From the NCBI RefSeq assembly GCF_041146345.1, contig NW_027191409.1, positions 1,674,001 to 1,738,000 of the forward strand: a DNA stretch of 64,000 bases, given 5' to 3'. This DNA comes from Neodothiora populina (lineage: Eukaryota). The translations under genes were made by a program, and so were the position numbers. The notes below the pieces were generated by a model. It ran no database searches. It worked only from the letters and a program-made list of their open reading frames with translations, and was not told the origin of the DNA. This document shows positions 50,835-62,876 of this stretch, piece after piece. How positions within the stretch are numbered: position 1 is the first letter of the stretch; the number at the start of each line of letters is the position of its first letter.

Positions 50835-53437
50835 CTAACGTCCACACAGGTCGATCCAAGCAGCCTCATCCTGCTTCTTATGAACAGCCTTCTTGCGTCT
50901 TCCACTCTCTTTGCGACCCAAAGGCTCTTCGTCGCTGCTTCTCAGATCGTCATTCGTCAATTCCCCTAAAAGCTCATACGGCGAGCGCTTGAGCATGTAT
51001 TCGGGTAGTGGTTGAGGTAATTGACCTCCATTTCGATCCCGCTCCTCATGTAGCAAGCCGCGAAATCTGTTTATCACAGATGGGCCACTGTCTGCCTCCG
51101 TTGTCACTGTCTTCGTGGTATTGATCGACAGCTCGCACGAGGCTAGTGAGATTCGGGCTTGTTCATCTGTCGACTGTCGCCGGCTTCCGACTCTTTCAGC
51201 ATGCGTCTCGGCATGGATAGCAGGGGTTTCTGTTAGTCGGTCAACTTCAGGAACTGCGGAGATGTGAACCGTGTCGTTCGTTCCGAGTCCATCGCCTGTG
51301 CTCGCATCGGTCTCGTTCTCGATTGAAGCTGGATCAGGCGCAGCTTGCGCGGCAGGATGGCGATCGTGAAGCAGACTCTGTGCGCGAGGCACGCGACTGG
51401 GAAAATTACATGAGGTGGAGAACGGCGTCACGTTTCGTGGCTAAAAGGCAACACTATCAGCTCTGTGCCATCGTAGCAGTGATTCTTTCTGACTTACAAG
51501 AGGCTTCGACCGTCGTTCTGCCATCGTGCCCAGAATGCGCCTAGACGCACTGCAGGGTGCCGCATCTACGATATCACACAATCGCTTACCGCATCCATGT
51601 ACGACCCACCACTGATGGTACCAATCGGTCACGAGATGATCCTTCCACACCCAGTCTGGTGGAAAATTTGCAGGTTCGATGAAATTGCTCCATTTGCGAA
51701 GGATCTTGTCAAAATGCCTACCGTAGAATGTTTTGTCCAGTATGTCACGGACTAAAGAGGCTTCACTAGAACTTAGATCGTAGCCAAGTGTGCCGTGTTG
51801 CAACGTCTTTCGAATCTGATATGCCGTCTGGAAGTTTGCTTCCGAGCTGAACCATTCGGACCATGAAGTTGTCGCGCACAGGTATGAATGGCGCAAGACC
51901 GGCGAAGCAACCGCGATCGTTTGCACTTGGATCGGGTGTATATGTTCAGCGTGCATTCGGCAATCAGCGCAACGCTTTGGCACAATCACCTTCAATCTGA
52001 ACGTGTTGCTTTCGATGCCGTTGGCTGTGTCAACAGGCTGCGCACAACACGGGACGTCCGGCTGTTGTACGGGAACAGTCCAGGTATGGCTATCGCCGAT
52101 CCGCCGAGTCTCCTCACAATCAGAAGCAAAGCAGCGAGGCTCTGAGGCGGGAGAGGTAATGAAGTCCTCCCCATTCCATCTATAACCTTGGTAATTGGCC
52201 TTGATGGTTTCGTACCGCTTGCCGACGTGAAAGCGGTGAAGCCTGCGGTCATTGAATGTGGTTTGGGGAAACAAGCAGTATGCCTTGTCGTGGGTGATGA
52301 TGTTGAGCAAGGACGAGTCTGCGGTACACATGAGCAATGCTTGAAGTGGTGTGCCCTTCGTGGTGACGACTCGTATCGTAGGTGCGCCAGGCTTGGATAG
52401 TATATAAGTCTATTCGATATCAGGACACACCTTTACAAAGCATTTGCGATTGGCTTTACCGATCGAACATGAAAGTTTGGACGGAATGTCGTATCGATTC
52501 CGGCGACACGGTAGTGTTGGTTGCGACGAAGGTACTGCCGTAAAGCTTCCCAGGTGCCGCCTGTTCGAACGTAAATGTCCATCTGAACGCGGACCGTCTG
52601 AGCCCGAGAGAAGAATGCAAGGGCAAAGGGACCAGTAACAAAAGCGCCCACGGACTTGATGACATGACGAAAAGTGTCAGAACTGTCTTGAAAAAAGACT
52701 GATAGCGCAGCGTCTATATTCCAGTACATCTGTTGCAACTGAGTGAACGGCGCAAACCGAGACGTCATGCCAAACCTGGCTATCGATATGGGGTCGAGGT
52801 GACGAAACACTTGGTCGCAAATGCTCCTATTAGACAACAAATGCTTGAGCTGTGTCTTGACCTTTGGGAGCGTGGGTGCACATTCTTGGCAGGCGCCAGA
52901 CCCCGGCTCCTCGTCTTGAGCAGAGCAGAGGTGAACTGGGGGCAAGCTTTGCTCGCAGGGCCTCAATTGGGTCTGTAGAGGTCGAGAGACAAATTGTGGC
53001 AGGATCTCTGCACCTGAAGGTCGGCGTTCAGGACTAGTGACAGCACATGAGGTCAAGTGGGAAGGTTGGCTCGTGTGGCATCCACCATCGACGATACCAG
53101 GAGACGAAACTGGGTCCGCGAGCGATAAGGAGTGGCCTGGCAAGGGAGAACAAGACGATGACGATGATGATGGCGAAGACGACGAGGATGACGATGATAT
53201 TGTGATGATGTGCTCTATCACAAATTAGTGGGACAGGTGGGTCGAAGGTTCAAAAGTTAACATACGTTCAGCAGGGGAAAGCGCCAATCGCTTCGTAGGA
53301 GTAGTCTGCTTGTATCTCAATGATGGGTCTTTTCTAGGAGTTATCTGAACAATGACACAATCCAAGTGGTCATCGATGTTTTCCGGAGATGGTGCTCTGC
53401 TACGAACTCTACGTTTTGACAGATCCACCCTGTCCAT
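50835..53437 (-). CDS. F-box-like protein with a degenerate nucleotidyltransferase-like domain; 4 exons
   Basis: Four ORFs join in frame through GT..AG introns (AE|QHII, NFH|TYIL, KPL|PRNV). F-box-like LLSNRSICDQVFRHLDP.SI..F..TSR, then WNID..L..FF..FR..GAFVTGPFALAFF..MDIYV and LNIIT.DKAYCLFP.TTF. Confidence 0.65.
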
Positions 53438-54905
53438 AGTGGACGAGGCAGGCGGCAAGCCGCGAGCAAGAGGCAATTGTGGTAGAAAATCAGGGATGAA
53501 AAATGTCACTGAACAGAAGGTTTAAGGAAAGATTAGACCAATGGCATCGTTTGAGGACTGATTGTTGAAAGAGTCCACCATTGGTTAATCACATGTTGAG
53601 TAGCAAACCTTTTGTGCGAATCGTTTATATCTTTGGAACTCATGATCGACGCGATAGCAGGGGTCGCGTGGTGGAGTAGGTGGTAGAGGATGCATATCAT
53701 GAACTTGCATTTAGTGGATTGTACACGAACTTCGTCTATGTGCACATTGATCAGCAGCAGCTGTCTAGCAACTGTCTGAATCTACAACACAGTCGAGTAG
53801 CACAGTGAAAGTTGTAATGAAGCCAAGATAGACAATGTCGATAAGGTAAGGTACCTTAGGTATGCAAACGCAAGGCGCAGTCAAGACGGAGTGACGGGCT
53901 CGGTTAGTCATGCCGCTCTCTCCCTCGGCTGCACATGCGATTCACAAGTACAGTCAGTCAAGGCAAGAACCTGAAGATCATTGATGGAGCTTTGACCTCC
54001 CAAGCTGCAAGTAGAGTACAAGCTAAGCAGCTCTGCCGTTCTAGCCTCCGCAGCAAATGGATCCCAAGGCCTCCGCCATCACCAGTCAGTCATTACAGCT
54101 TGGCAGGGGGTTTTTTTTTGATCGAGTGCTCGGACTTGTTTCGTATTCGCAAGTCAAGACGGAGCAAAAATTGAGAAGCAAGCGAGGCGGACATGTGGAT
54201 CGGATGAACATGATCTGATCAAGGACCTGTGGACGCCTGGTTGTGCAAAGTCGATCCGGCTTAGGCCGAGCGCCAGCCTTCTGCTCTAGCCTCTACTTTC
54301 TGTGTCCTCTCAAGCCAGGCGGTTGCCAGCAATGCCGTGTTCCCTGTATGCTTGCAACGAATCTGACATTTGTCGCACAAGTAAGTGTATGACGCAGATG
54401 AATCAACTTTTGACCGAGGGCCACGCCATGACATCGAATTAGAGTACATGAGCTACAGTGTAGACTGGGAAGCTGTTTCCTGATAACCTGAAATGTTCAC
54501 GTTACCTGAGATAGCCTTAATGCAGAGACAAACGCCTATAAAGCCAAATGGAAGTCGAACCCCCTCTCAAGCCTCAGCCGCTCCATAGCGTGCAGCACAT
54601 ACCTCAAGCACCCAAATTTACCTCGTCACTAGCCGCCATAGATCGAGCAGGATAGTGCGGTCGTTTTGGCTCGGACTCCTTCATAAGTCCCACTCGTAGT
54701 CCACCTGTAAAGTTCTACGCGTATCTGGACTTATTTGTACCTTCGCTGTTCCTGCCTGCCCTGTGTGCTCCTCTATCAGTCCGTGTTTCCTTTCTTTGAC
54801 CCTTTCTACATACATAGCAAATTACAGCACCTACTCTATCTCATCCTAGCCTGGTGCCTGATATACGCACACACACTCACACAGACACAAGAAAGATATA
54901 CTGAG

Positions 54906-56698
54906 ATGAGGCGCAGTATTCAGACATGCCTGGCGCTGGCGGGAGCCGCGGCTGCCACTTCGGGAACACTTGAATTTGCTCTTTCCAAACGCGACGCATT
55001 CGGCCAGCAGTCCCAAGTCGCTCGTGGCGTTCTTTTGAAGCGACAAGACACGATTGGCACGGTCGAGCAGTCTGTATACGATGTATTGCCCTGGAGTCTA
55101 GGAGGCGCATACTACACCAACAGTAGGTCTTTACACTCGTCCAAGTAATGATCAGCCAGAGTGCAGATCCCCAAGCTGACATCCCCACAGTTAGTGTAGG
55201 AACTCCTCCACAGGTCCAAACCGTCATCCTCGACACGGGCAGCAGTGACACATACCTCGACGCATCTTCTGCTGCTCCTTGCCAGACTACCGGCGTCTAT
55301 TCCTGCAGAGGTGGATCATTTGACTCTTCTACCTCGTCCACATACAGGGTCACAATCCCCGACGGCTTCGAGACTGCCTTTGGCGATGGATCGTCGGCCT
55401 CTGGCGACTTTGCTACCGACGTCGTCCAGCTTGGCGACGTGCAGATAAGCAACGTACAATTCGGACTGGCTACCAAGGTCAACAGCACAACTGGGTTTGC
55501 TGTTGGCTTGATGGGTATAGGTTACTCGTTGAACGAGGCCAGTCAGGTCCAATATGCGAACATGCCCGAGGTGTTGAGAGACGCCGGCGTCATCAACTCG
55601 AGGTTATACAGTGTTTTCTTGAATGATATCGGTATGTTATTCTTATTTGTGTCAACAAAATCCGTGTGCTAATATGAAACAGGTGACGCCTCGGGCACCA
55701 TCTTATTTGGAGGGATCGACACGTCAAAATACTCTGGCAACCTCGTCACATTGAATCTTCTCCCTGTTCCCATCCCCACTAACTCTGGTACGCTCGACGT
55801 GGTCTATGAGTTCGTTGTCGCAGTCACTGCTCTGTCGGCTACAAACAATGGCGAGACGACTGAGTTCTTCTCTGGTGGTGAGGTCGATGGTACTTCTGGC
55901 TCTCTCCCGGTTCTTCTCGACACTGGCTCCGCAGCCTGGACAGTGCCTACGTCCGTGTACGACGCTGTCGCCCGCTTGATACCAGATCTCGATCGCTACG
56001 GCTTCCTTCCGTGCAGTTCGATTCCCGAGTCCTTGAGCCTCAAGCTTACTTTCGGCGGCGCTGTTGATATCGAGGTTCCCGCATCTGAGCTCATTGTGCC
56101 CGTCTACGATTCCCTTACCAACGAGCAGAACACCACGACAAATGGCGAACCCCTCTGCACTTTCATGTTGTCTCCTGGCAAGGCTACGACTGACCAGCCT
56201 TTCCTGACTCTCGGCGACGCTGTCCTCCGCAGCATGTACGTTGTCTTTGACCTCGACAACGGCCAGGTCTCCATCGCCCAGGCCCGGACCAATACATCCA
56301 CCAGTGCTTCCTCATCAAGCTCGGGCAACAACATCAAGGTCGTGCAGGCAGGTCTTGACGGCGTAGCGAACGCGGTCGGCCCATCCAGTGTCTCTACGGC
56401 TCCGGCAAATGGAAACACCATCGCTCCAGCCGTATCGGCGACAGCACATTTCAGCGTAAAGACCACCCTGCCTGCTATTGGCACCGCCACTGGAACCGAC
56501 GCCGTCCCTGGCAGTGGCCGTGTAGGTGAGACGGCTGCAGCAGGCGGTAGCAGTGGGTCTGCCTCGGGCAGTAGCGCAGCAGCGAGCTCGTCCGGCGCCG
56601 CCTCTGGGCTCAGGGCACCACCCATGGAATATGCTATGCTTTCTTCCGTCGCTTTTGCTGTTATAGGAATCTTCGCTGGTGCAGCCTTGATGTTGTGA
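54906..56698 (+). CDS. Secreted, probably GPI-anchored aspartic protease (yapsin-like, family A1); introns near 55123-55189 and 55632-55682
   Basis: Signal peptide, dibasic KR sites, both catalytic motifs (VILDTGSSD, VLLDTGSA), GTILFGGID..KY.G, LGDAVLRSMYVVFDLDN, Ser/Gly/Ala stalk and a hydrophobic C-terminus. Confidence 0.92.
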
Positions 56699-57600
56699 GA
56701 AGACCACTCTAGGTGGGACCAAGCCATTTGATACGGTCTGGTGGGCCCACGCGCATCAAGAGAACGTGGAAGAAAAAGAACCCTTGTGAAGATAAGTATT
56801 ACGAATTATATGAATTGAAACTTTGTCAGCGTCTGCGTTTGAATGACGTCCACTGAGCTATCCCCCTTGCTTCTGCCGTGCGTATTTTTCATGATCGCAA
56901 AAGATGGTTCTTATCAAGTCCAACAGCGCAATAGAAAATGCAGAACCACGTAAGATAAAATAATGGCCTGGAAAAGGTATGTCTTCAAGGTAAGGTTGGC
57001 GGACAAGCTTCAAGAGAAGCTTACCTATCCGCCCCGCTTCTTAGCAAGTCGCGTCTGAACGACCAGGGTCGCCCAAGATTACCCCACCTTGTGAACGACA
57101 CGACTACTACCTTCAACGCATCACACGCACAGCAAACATCAAAACTGCTCCGAACCCATTTTGTATAATCTTATAATTTTATGATTGAATTTCACTAAAC
57201 TATCTACGAGTACAATGCCGACATCGGGCAACTAAAATTTTACGCAACGAAGAACAAGTGCATCAAAGCAACAAAACGACAAGGCGAAGCAAGCAACAGC
57301 AATCCTCCAGCTCCATTGACTATCCAGTCTCGACAAATCCTACTTCTATGCTGTGCTGCAACATGCAAAGTGACCGAAAAACAAAACATCCATCCTTGCT
57401 TGACTTTTTCTCCTTTCCTTATTGAACCCTGAGATTAGAGAGAAGATGGAGCCAAGCAAAGATGAAGAGAGAGAGAAAAGTGGATGATGGAAAGTGATTA
57501 TTAGAGCAGTGATCAATGAAAACGTGAATGCCGGAAAACGTGGGTATTGGCGAAGTGAAGTCCGAAAAGTCCATACATGCCGAAGAAGTGAACACCGAAA

Positions 57601-57625
57601 AGCAACCCCCGAAAAAGGGGTTGCT
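57601..57625. repeat. Perfect 9-bp inverted repeat (hairpin) downstream of the C2H2 gene
   Basis: agcaacccc-cgaaaaa-ggggttgct. Confidence 0.7.
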
Positions 57626-57725
57626 GAAAAAAACGACTGCCAGAGACCTAGCTGTCGGAAAACGTGATTGCTGACAAAGTGATTGTGCAGCGAAGAAAGG
57701 AACCGCGTGTGAAGATCTCTGACGT

Positions 57726-60171
57726 CTAGAAGGCTGTGTCGTCTACCTCTGCGTCTGGTTCTGCATCCGCATTCGCGTCCGCTTCGAGAAATTCAGAGAA
57801 AGTAATCTCTGGAAGGGAGTCATCGACAAGACCATCATTGTTGACTTGGTCCGCGACTTGATACGAAGACTCTGTGAACTGAGATGGTTCAGTGATCTGA
57901 CGAGGTCCTGTGAGCTGAAGAGGTCCGGCGGCTTGAGCAAGACCGGCGAGCTGAGGAGGTGCGACCATTTGAGCCGGAGCAGCGACTTGAGGAGCTCCAG
58001 CGAGTTGAAACGGTGCGGCGGCGGGATCATGAGGAGGGATTGGACCATACATCTGTACATTGTTGTACATGCCAGGGTCAGAAAGCTGGTAGGTGTCGAA
58101 ATAGGTTCCAGCTGCGTGATTTCCGATTGCTGGGTTACCGCCGTTGTAAGAGGGAGTGGTGAACTGAGATGGTTCGGCAAAATCACAAGTTTGGAAGGGT
58201 CCATTTGCAGGTACGCCGAGATCATAAGTAGATCCAAAATTCTGCACTGGGGCTATGTAGCTCTGAATTGGAGCAGGGCCAAATGCTTGATTACCGTTGT
58301 AGTAGTTGACTCCGGGTATCATCTGCGAAGTGTTGGCCAGACCATAAGGTTGGACAAGTCCTTGTCCTCCTCCACTTTGATAATGGGTGGGTCCAGAGAC
58401 AAGAGGTACATCGTTTTGAACCTCTGGAGCAATATTCTCAGTTCCAGGAACATCTGCGTCGGAGAATTGAGATGGATCAAACAAAATCTCGTCGGTGATA
58501 GTCTCGTCTATTTCTGGAAGCTGCATAGGAGCACCATCTCCTTCTGGCATGACGAAATCCGCGCTAGCGAGATGCGAAGGATCAATGACCTCTTCACTCG
58601 CGACGTTTGCCTCCCCAGCGAGCAGCAATGGGCCGATGTCACCCTCAGGGGCGACAACGTTGATGCTAGGCAGCTGGAGTGGCTCGAGACTCTCAGGGAA
58701 CGGGCCTCCAGGCAGAGCGGTCCGGGGCATAATGACATTCCCGTTGTACTGTGGATTGTGGAGAGCAGTGTATTGTCCAGGGGCACGGGGATCATTGGTC
58801 TGCTGGTTGTATGAGGTCAACGAAATGTCGGCGGGCCTAAAGGTCTGTTGGTTGTACGCGTTTGACAACATGTCAGCGGTGCCGGAGGTCTGCTGATTGT
58901 ACAGGTTTGACGACACGTCAGCGAGCCCAACGGTCTGGCCGCTAGCACCCTGGTTGACAGAGAGGATGGCAGGATCGATGGTGACTACATTGCGAAAACC
59001 ATGGTCGTGGGCGTTACTGGCTGGTAAGTGGGATGGGAACGGGTTGTAGCTTGACGGAGCCATGTATGAGTTGTAGCCATGTTGCTCGATGTCAACACTG
59101 TTGTTGTGTGGCTGAATGTAGTTTACTTGAGGAACGTCTGAACCAAGGGACTGGCCCACAGCAGGATTTGGCAGAAGCAGAGACTGCTGTACCTGGTTTG
59201 ATCTACCCAAGACAATTGGCTCATTGCTGCCAGGAAAAGTGTTGTCACGAAGCAGGGGTTCTCCTCCATAGGAATTCCACTGAGGAGCCTGAGCCGAGTT
59301 CTGAGTGGGGGCGACTGGTGGATAAGTAGATGCCAGAGGCTGGATTGCCGTCGTCTGGCCTATCTGTCCCTCGGTCTGGAGGTCTGCTGTGGAGTTCTGC
59401 AGTAATTGTGCAATAAGACGCTCACGTACAGCGGCGCATGAGCGAAGAACTGAAAACATGGCGGAATTCGGATCCAGAGGTTCAGTCAAGACCTGGAAAC
59501 CTGGCTGCATAGAAGTCTGACCCGCATCTTGATCAGCACCCTCTATCCTAGTAGAGTCACGCCCACTAAGGTCGAAATTTATCACGAAGGGGTTTTCGTG
59601 CTTAGCCCGCTTGCGATTGCTTCTGCAATAAAGGCATTGAAAGTCAGCAACAGTTACGCTTACGCATTGAATAGAGCGAGCAAACGTACGAACGCCTCTT
59701 TGCAGGCTCAACTTTAGAAAATTCAGTCGCACTACCAGTCGCGTCTTGCTCGGCGATCTCGGCGGCCTCGGCGGCAGCAGCCCTTTGGTCGCGTATAGTA
59801 GCCGCCAACTCTAGGAGTTTGTCCTGCTCGGCGGCCTCAGCGCTTCCAGCAGCAGCAGTGCTTTGGTTACCTATAGCAGCCGCTGACTCTAGGACTTTGT
59901 CCTGCTCGGCGATCTCGGCGGCCTTGACGGCAGCAGCCCTTTGGTCGCGTATAGTAGCCGCCAACTCTAGGAGTTCTTCCTGCTCAGTGCTGTGTTTTGT
60001 TGTTACATGGTCAAAGAGGTTCTTGCGCCTGGTATAGATGCGCTTAGGACATTTAGGACAAATCCAGACCTTGCCTCTATGAGTTGCCATGTGGTCTAAA
60101 AAATGGCTCTGCCGAGTGTAGTTTTTACCACAGTTATCGCAAACAAATGGCCCCGACGACATGGTGTTCAT
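57726..60171 (-). CDS. C2H2 zinc-finger transcription factor (2 fingers, long Q/P/N-rich activation-like region); intron near 59689-59623
   Basis: FVCDNCGKNYTRQSHFLDHMATH and WICPKCPKRIYTRRKNLFDHVTTKH fingers; splice KRRS|SNRKRAK gives an NLS-like stretch; acidic C-terminus. Confidence 0.8.
59743..59985. repeat. 78-bp coding tandem repeat, about 3.1 copies (26-aa helical unit)
   Basis: Units start at 59743, 59821, 59899 and (partial) 59977. Units 1 and 3 share an identical block of about 47 nt. Confidence 0.92.
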
Positions 60172-62122
60172 ACGCGATTTTAGTTGCGATAGCGATGAAG
60201 ATGACGATTCGATTACGATGGCGATATTAGCAGCAAAATGAGGAAAAAAAGTGTTTGTGAAGTAGTAAGTGAAGGTGAGGTTAGACCCTCAATCATAGGT
60301 TATGGTGTTTGTGTTTTGTTTACGCATCGCTCGCCGAGCATCGCTCATATAGATATGAGATGTTTTTGTCAGTGCCCTGAGCCATGTGGTAAGGGTCCGC
60401 AGACCTAGATGACTCTGTCCTCAAGGACTTTCGGCCTCTGTCTCTAGTCTTTGCAGTGTCCGCATCCCGCTTTGTCCTGTTATCCATAGGGACTTACTTA
60501 TCCAGCTTACATAGAGTCTACTTAGCCTCGTAGAATCATTCGTAAAGGAGAAGAGTGACTATTTCTTAAATGCTCCAATGTGCTTTTGATAGAGCGAAGT
60601 ACCCTCTGTATGGAACACAGAATCAATAAGGGATGTTGACGCTTTCCTTACCAGGTCAAGGAGGAAACTTGTGATGTAGCCTCTCGAACTGAAGAGCTGT
60701 CTGACTAGATAAGCAATGAGAGATTACCTAGTGATCGTTGGCTGCCTTCATAACACCTTGATGCTGGTAAGATGACATTGTTCACGCCCCGTGGCGGTGT
60801 TGCTATGCACAACCAAGATGTATACAACCTTTGAGCATGCACGAAGATCATGCAATGCTTTCCCATGTAATCTGCGGCTTCTCGTCGCTATAACATCTGT
60901 TTTGATGGGGCAAAGAAGGACATAGGTATGTCTGTAGCAACAGATCGAGCAAGTCGACTTTTGATGTATTGACACGTGCAGACAACAGGCGGGCACGTTG
61001 GCCATATCCTCAGTGCTCATAGACTCGACTGCTCAATCAAGGCATGATTCATGTCCTCAGACTGCTGAAACAATTCGATGTCTGTTATCCGAAGGAAGAA
61101 GGGGCGAAATTATTGGATACGGCTCGGTGGCCTCAAGAGACCTTAAAGTCGTTGTAATCCTAGGCTCCAACATCAAAGACAGCCGTGCTACAAACATAGA
61201 TTCAGTATGAAAGATATCAGCCAAGTCACAGTACACGAGGGTCATCTTGTATGATGGCATAGAAGTGAATATAGCACACTCTAATGCTATCAACTCATCG
61301 AGGGCGTAAATACTACGCGCATACAGAGAGGATCGCGACACGCGTTCCATAGCAGTTGTGTCGGAATCTCAGAAACGTGTCGGCTATGTGTACAGATTTG
61401 ATCTATTTCACCACGCGACAGACAAACTTATCTGCACAGGTCGCACATTTGTAAGGTTTTTGGAGAATGAATTTTGGTACTGGAAAAACTGTGCCAGTCC
61501 ACAGTGGCGTTGCAAGTCGATCGGATTGTATGACTAAGCATATCCGCGAATTCATCACCCGCCTTCGATTGGGCACCACACCCATACAGTCTTGCGACGG
61601 CTATCATACAGGGACCAAATGCCGTTTATGGATTCAACGATGTGATCAAGTAGATCAACAAAAGAATTGAGGTCACGCATGTGGTATGCGCAATGATAGA
61701 GGGTACATATAGATCCAGTAGCGCCGACGGTGGCCAACCAATCATCTCTACAGCTCCACGAATCAGATGCCCGAAGTCGATCTGTTGTGCAACACATGTT
61801 CTTGTCAAAAATTTGCGCCACGTTCTGCAGTACAAATCAGGCTACATCTCCACATCAGCGATGGGACTACGAATAAGGTCTTCAGGATGGACGAGGTAGT
61901 ATCCGTTCGTCCAGGGGTCCAGTCGCAGAGGGCTGCACCTGTGAAGATCAACATTAAAGCAGCCGATCTGGCTATAGACCAGGCTAGGATCTAGTAAGAG
62001 CTGGGTCATAGTATAGCCACTGACGATTTTAGCAAGCGGACAAGGAAGCTCAAAAGTAAGATTGATCTGTATGCCAAAAACTGTTCTCCAGGGGAATAAA
62101 ACCATTGATTCTTCCAAGCCAC

Positions 62123-62876
62123 TCATCTCCGACCTCTGAACATTTCGGCGTTTAGATCAGTGTTCTGATAGCCCATAAAGGTGACTGCATCTCCGTTCAC
62201 TGTGACTCCACTGACGTCCAATTGGAAATCAAGATTCCGCAATTCCCCGGCGGCATTCGTGATCCCCATTATCGCATACGCGGACTCGCTGATTTTGACG
62301 TCGTCAATCTTCACACCTGTGCGCTTGGATTGAGACTGCTTGTAAACCGACTCGCAAGCGGACTTGTGATGCCGCCAGGCCCTCTGCTCATCACATACGA
62401 AGTCGATTATGTTCCGAGTACCTCTCCTATCTGCACGACTTCTGACATTTGCTTTCAGTTTTTGAAGTTGTTCCTCAACCTTTTGTGACTCATCAATTTT
62501 CACTTCCGCATTTTTGATCAGCTGCAGCATACTCTTCTCTTGTTCTTGCAAGACAGTACTGACATCGTCAGTAACTCGGCCCTGATGGGGCTGGACATGG
62601 CTGTAGAAGGCATTAGCTGAGTATCAAATCGTAAAATATGGGCGAAGGAACGAACAGAAGAGACGTGTTGTTAGCGATGTCTAGCGTCAGTTTGCAAGCA
62701 CCCAGCTGACCATTGGAAGAGCCGATCGCGTGCGTCTCGAAGGCCATGTGAATGCGGTCTTCGAGACTTCTCTGCGAAGCCCTAGAGACCTTAGACCAGC
62801 TTTCCAAGAAAGACTGCAAGGCCTCACAACAATCACCGCAGGCGTTGACCGTTTCTGCTAGTCTCATATCTGACAT
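62123..62876 (-). pseudogene. 5'-truncated HeLo-like/SesA-type ('fungal N-terminal domain of STAND') protein with a C-terminal two-repeat HET-s-like amyloid motif; intron 62655-62601
   Basis: LAETVNACGDCC..L..W...SLEDR..LGACKLTLDIA helical segment, a clean 55-nt intron (GTTCGT..GCTAAT..TACAG), a coiled segment, then VKIDDVKISESAYAIMG / LDVSGVTVNGDAVTFMG pseudo-repeats. The usual hydrophobic N-terminal helix is absent. Confidence 0.65.

Noticed and set aside
52330..52470. Apparent frameshift between ORFs of the F-box-like gene
   Set aside because: Resolved by an intron; the frame reads continuously TIRVVTTKGTPLQALL, so this is not a pseudogene lesion.
57846..58814. 322-aa plus-strand ORF
   Set aside because: Antisense shadow of the C2H2 factor's long exon.
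59743..59985. Repeat array considered as CRISPR-like or as transposon termini
   Set aside because: Contiguous in-frame coding repeats without unique spacers, in a eukaryotic gene; no transposase, TIRs or LTRs seen.
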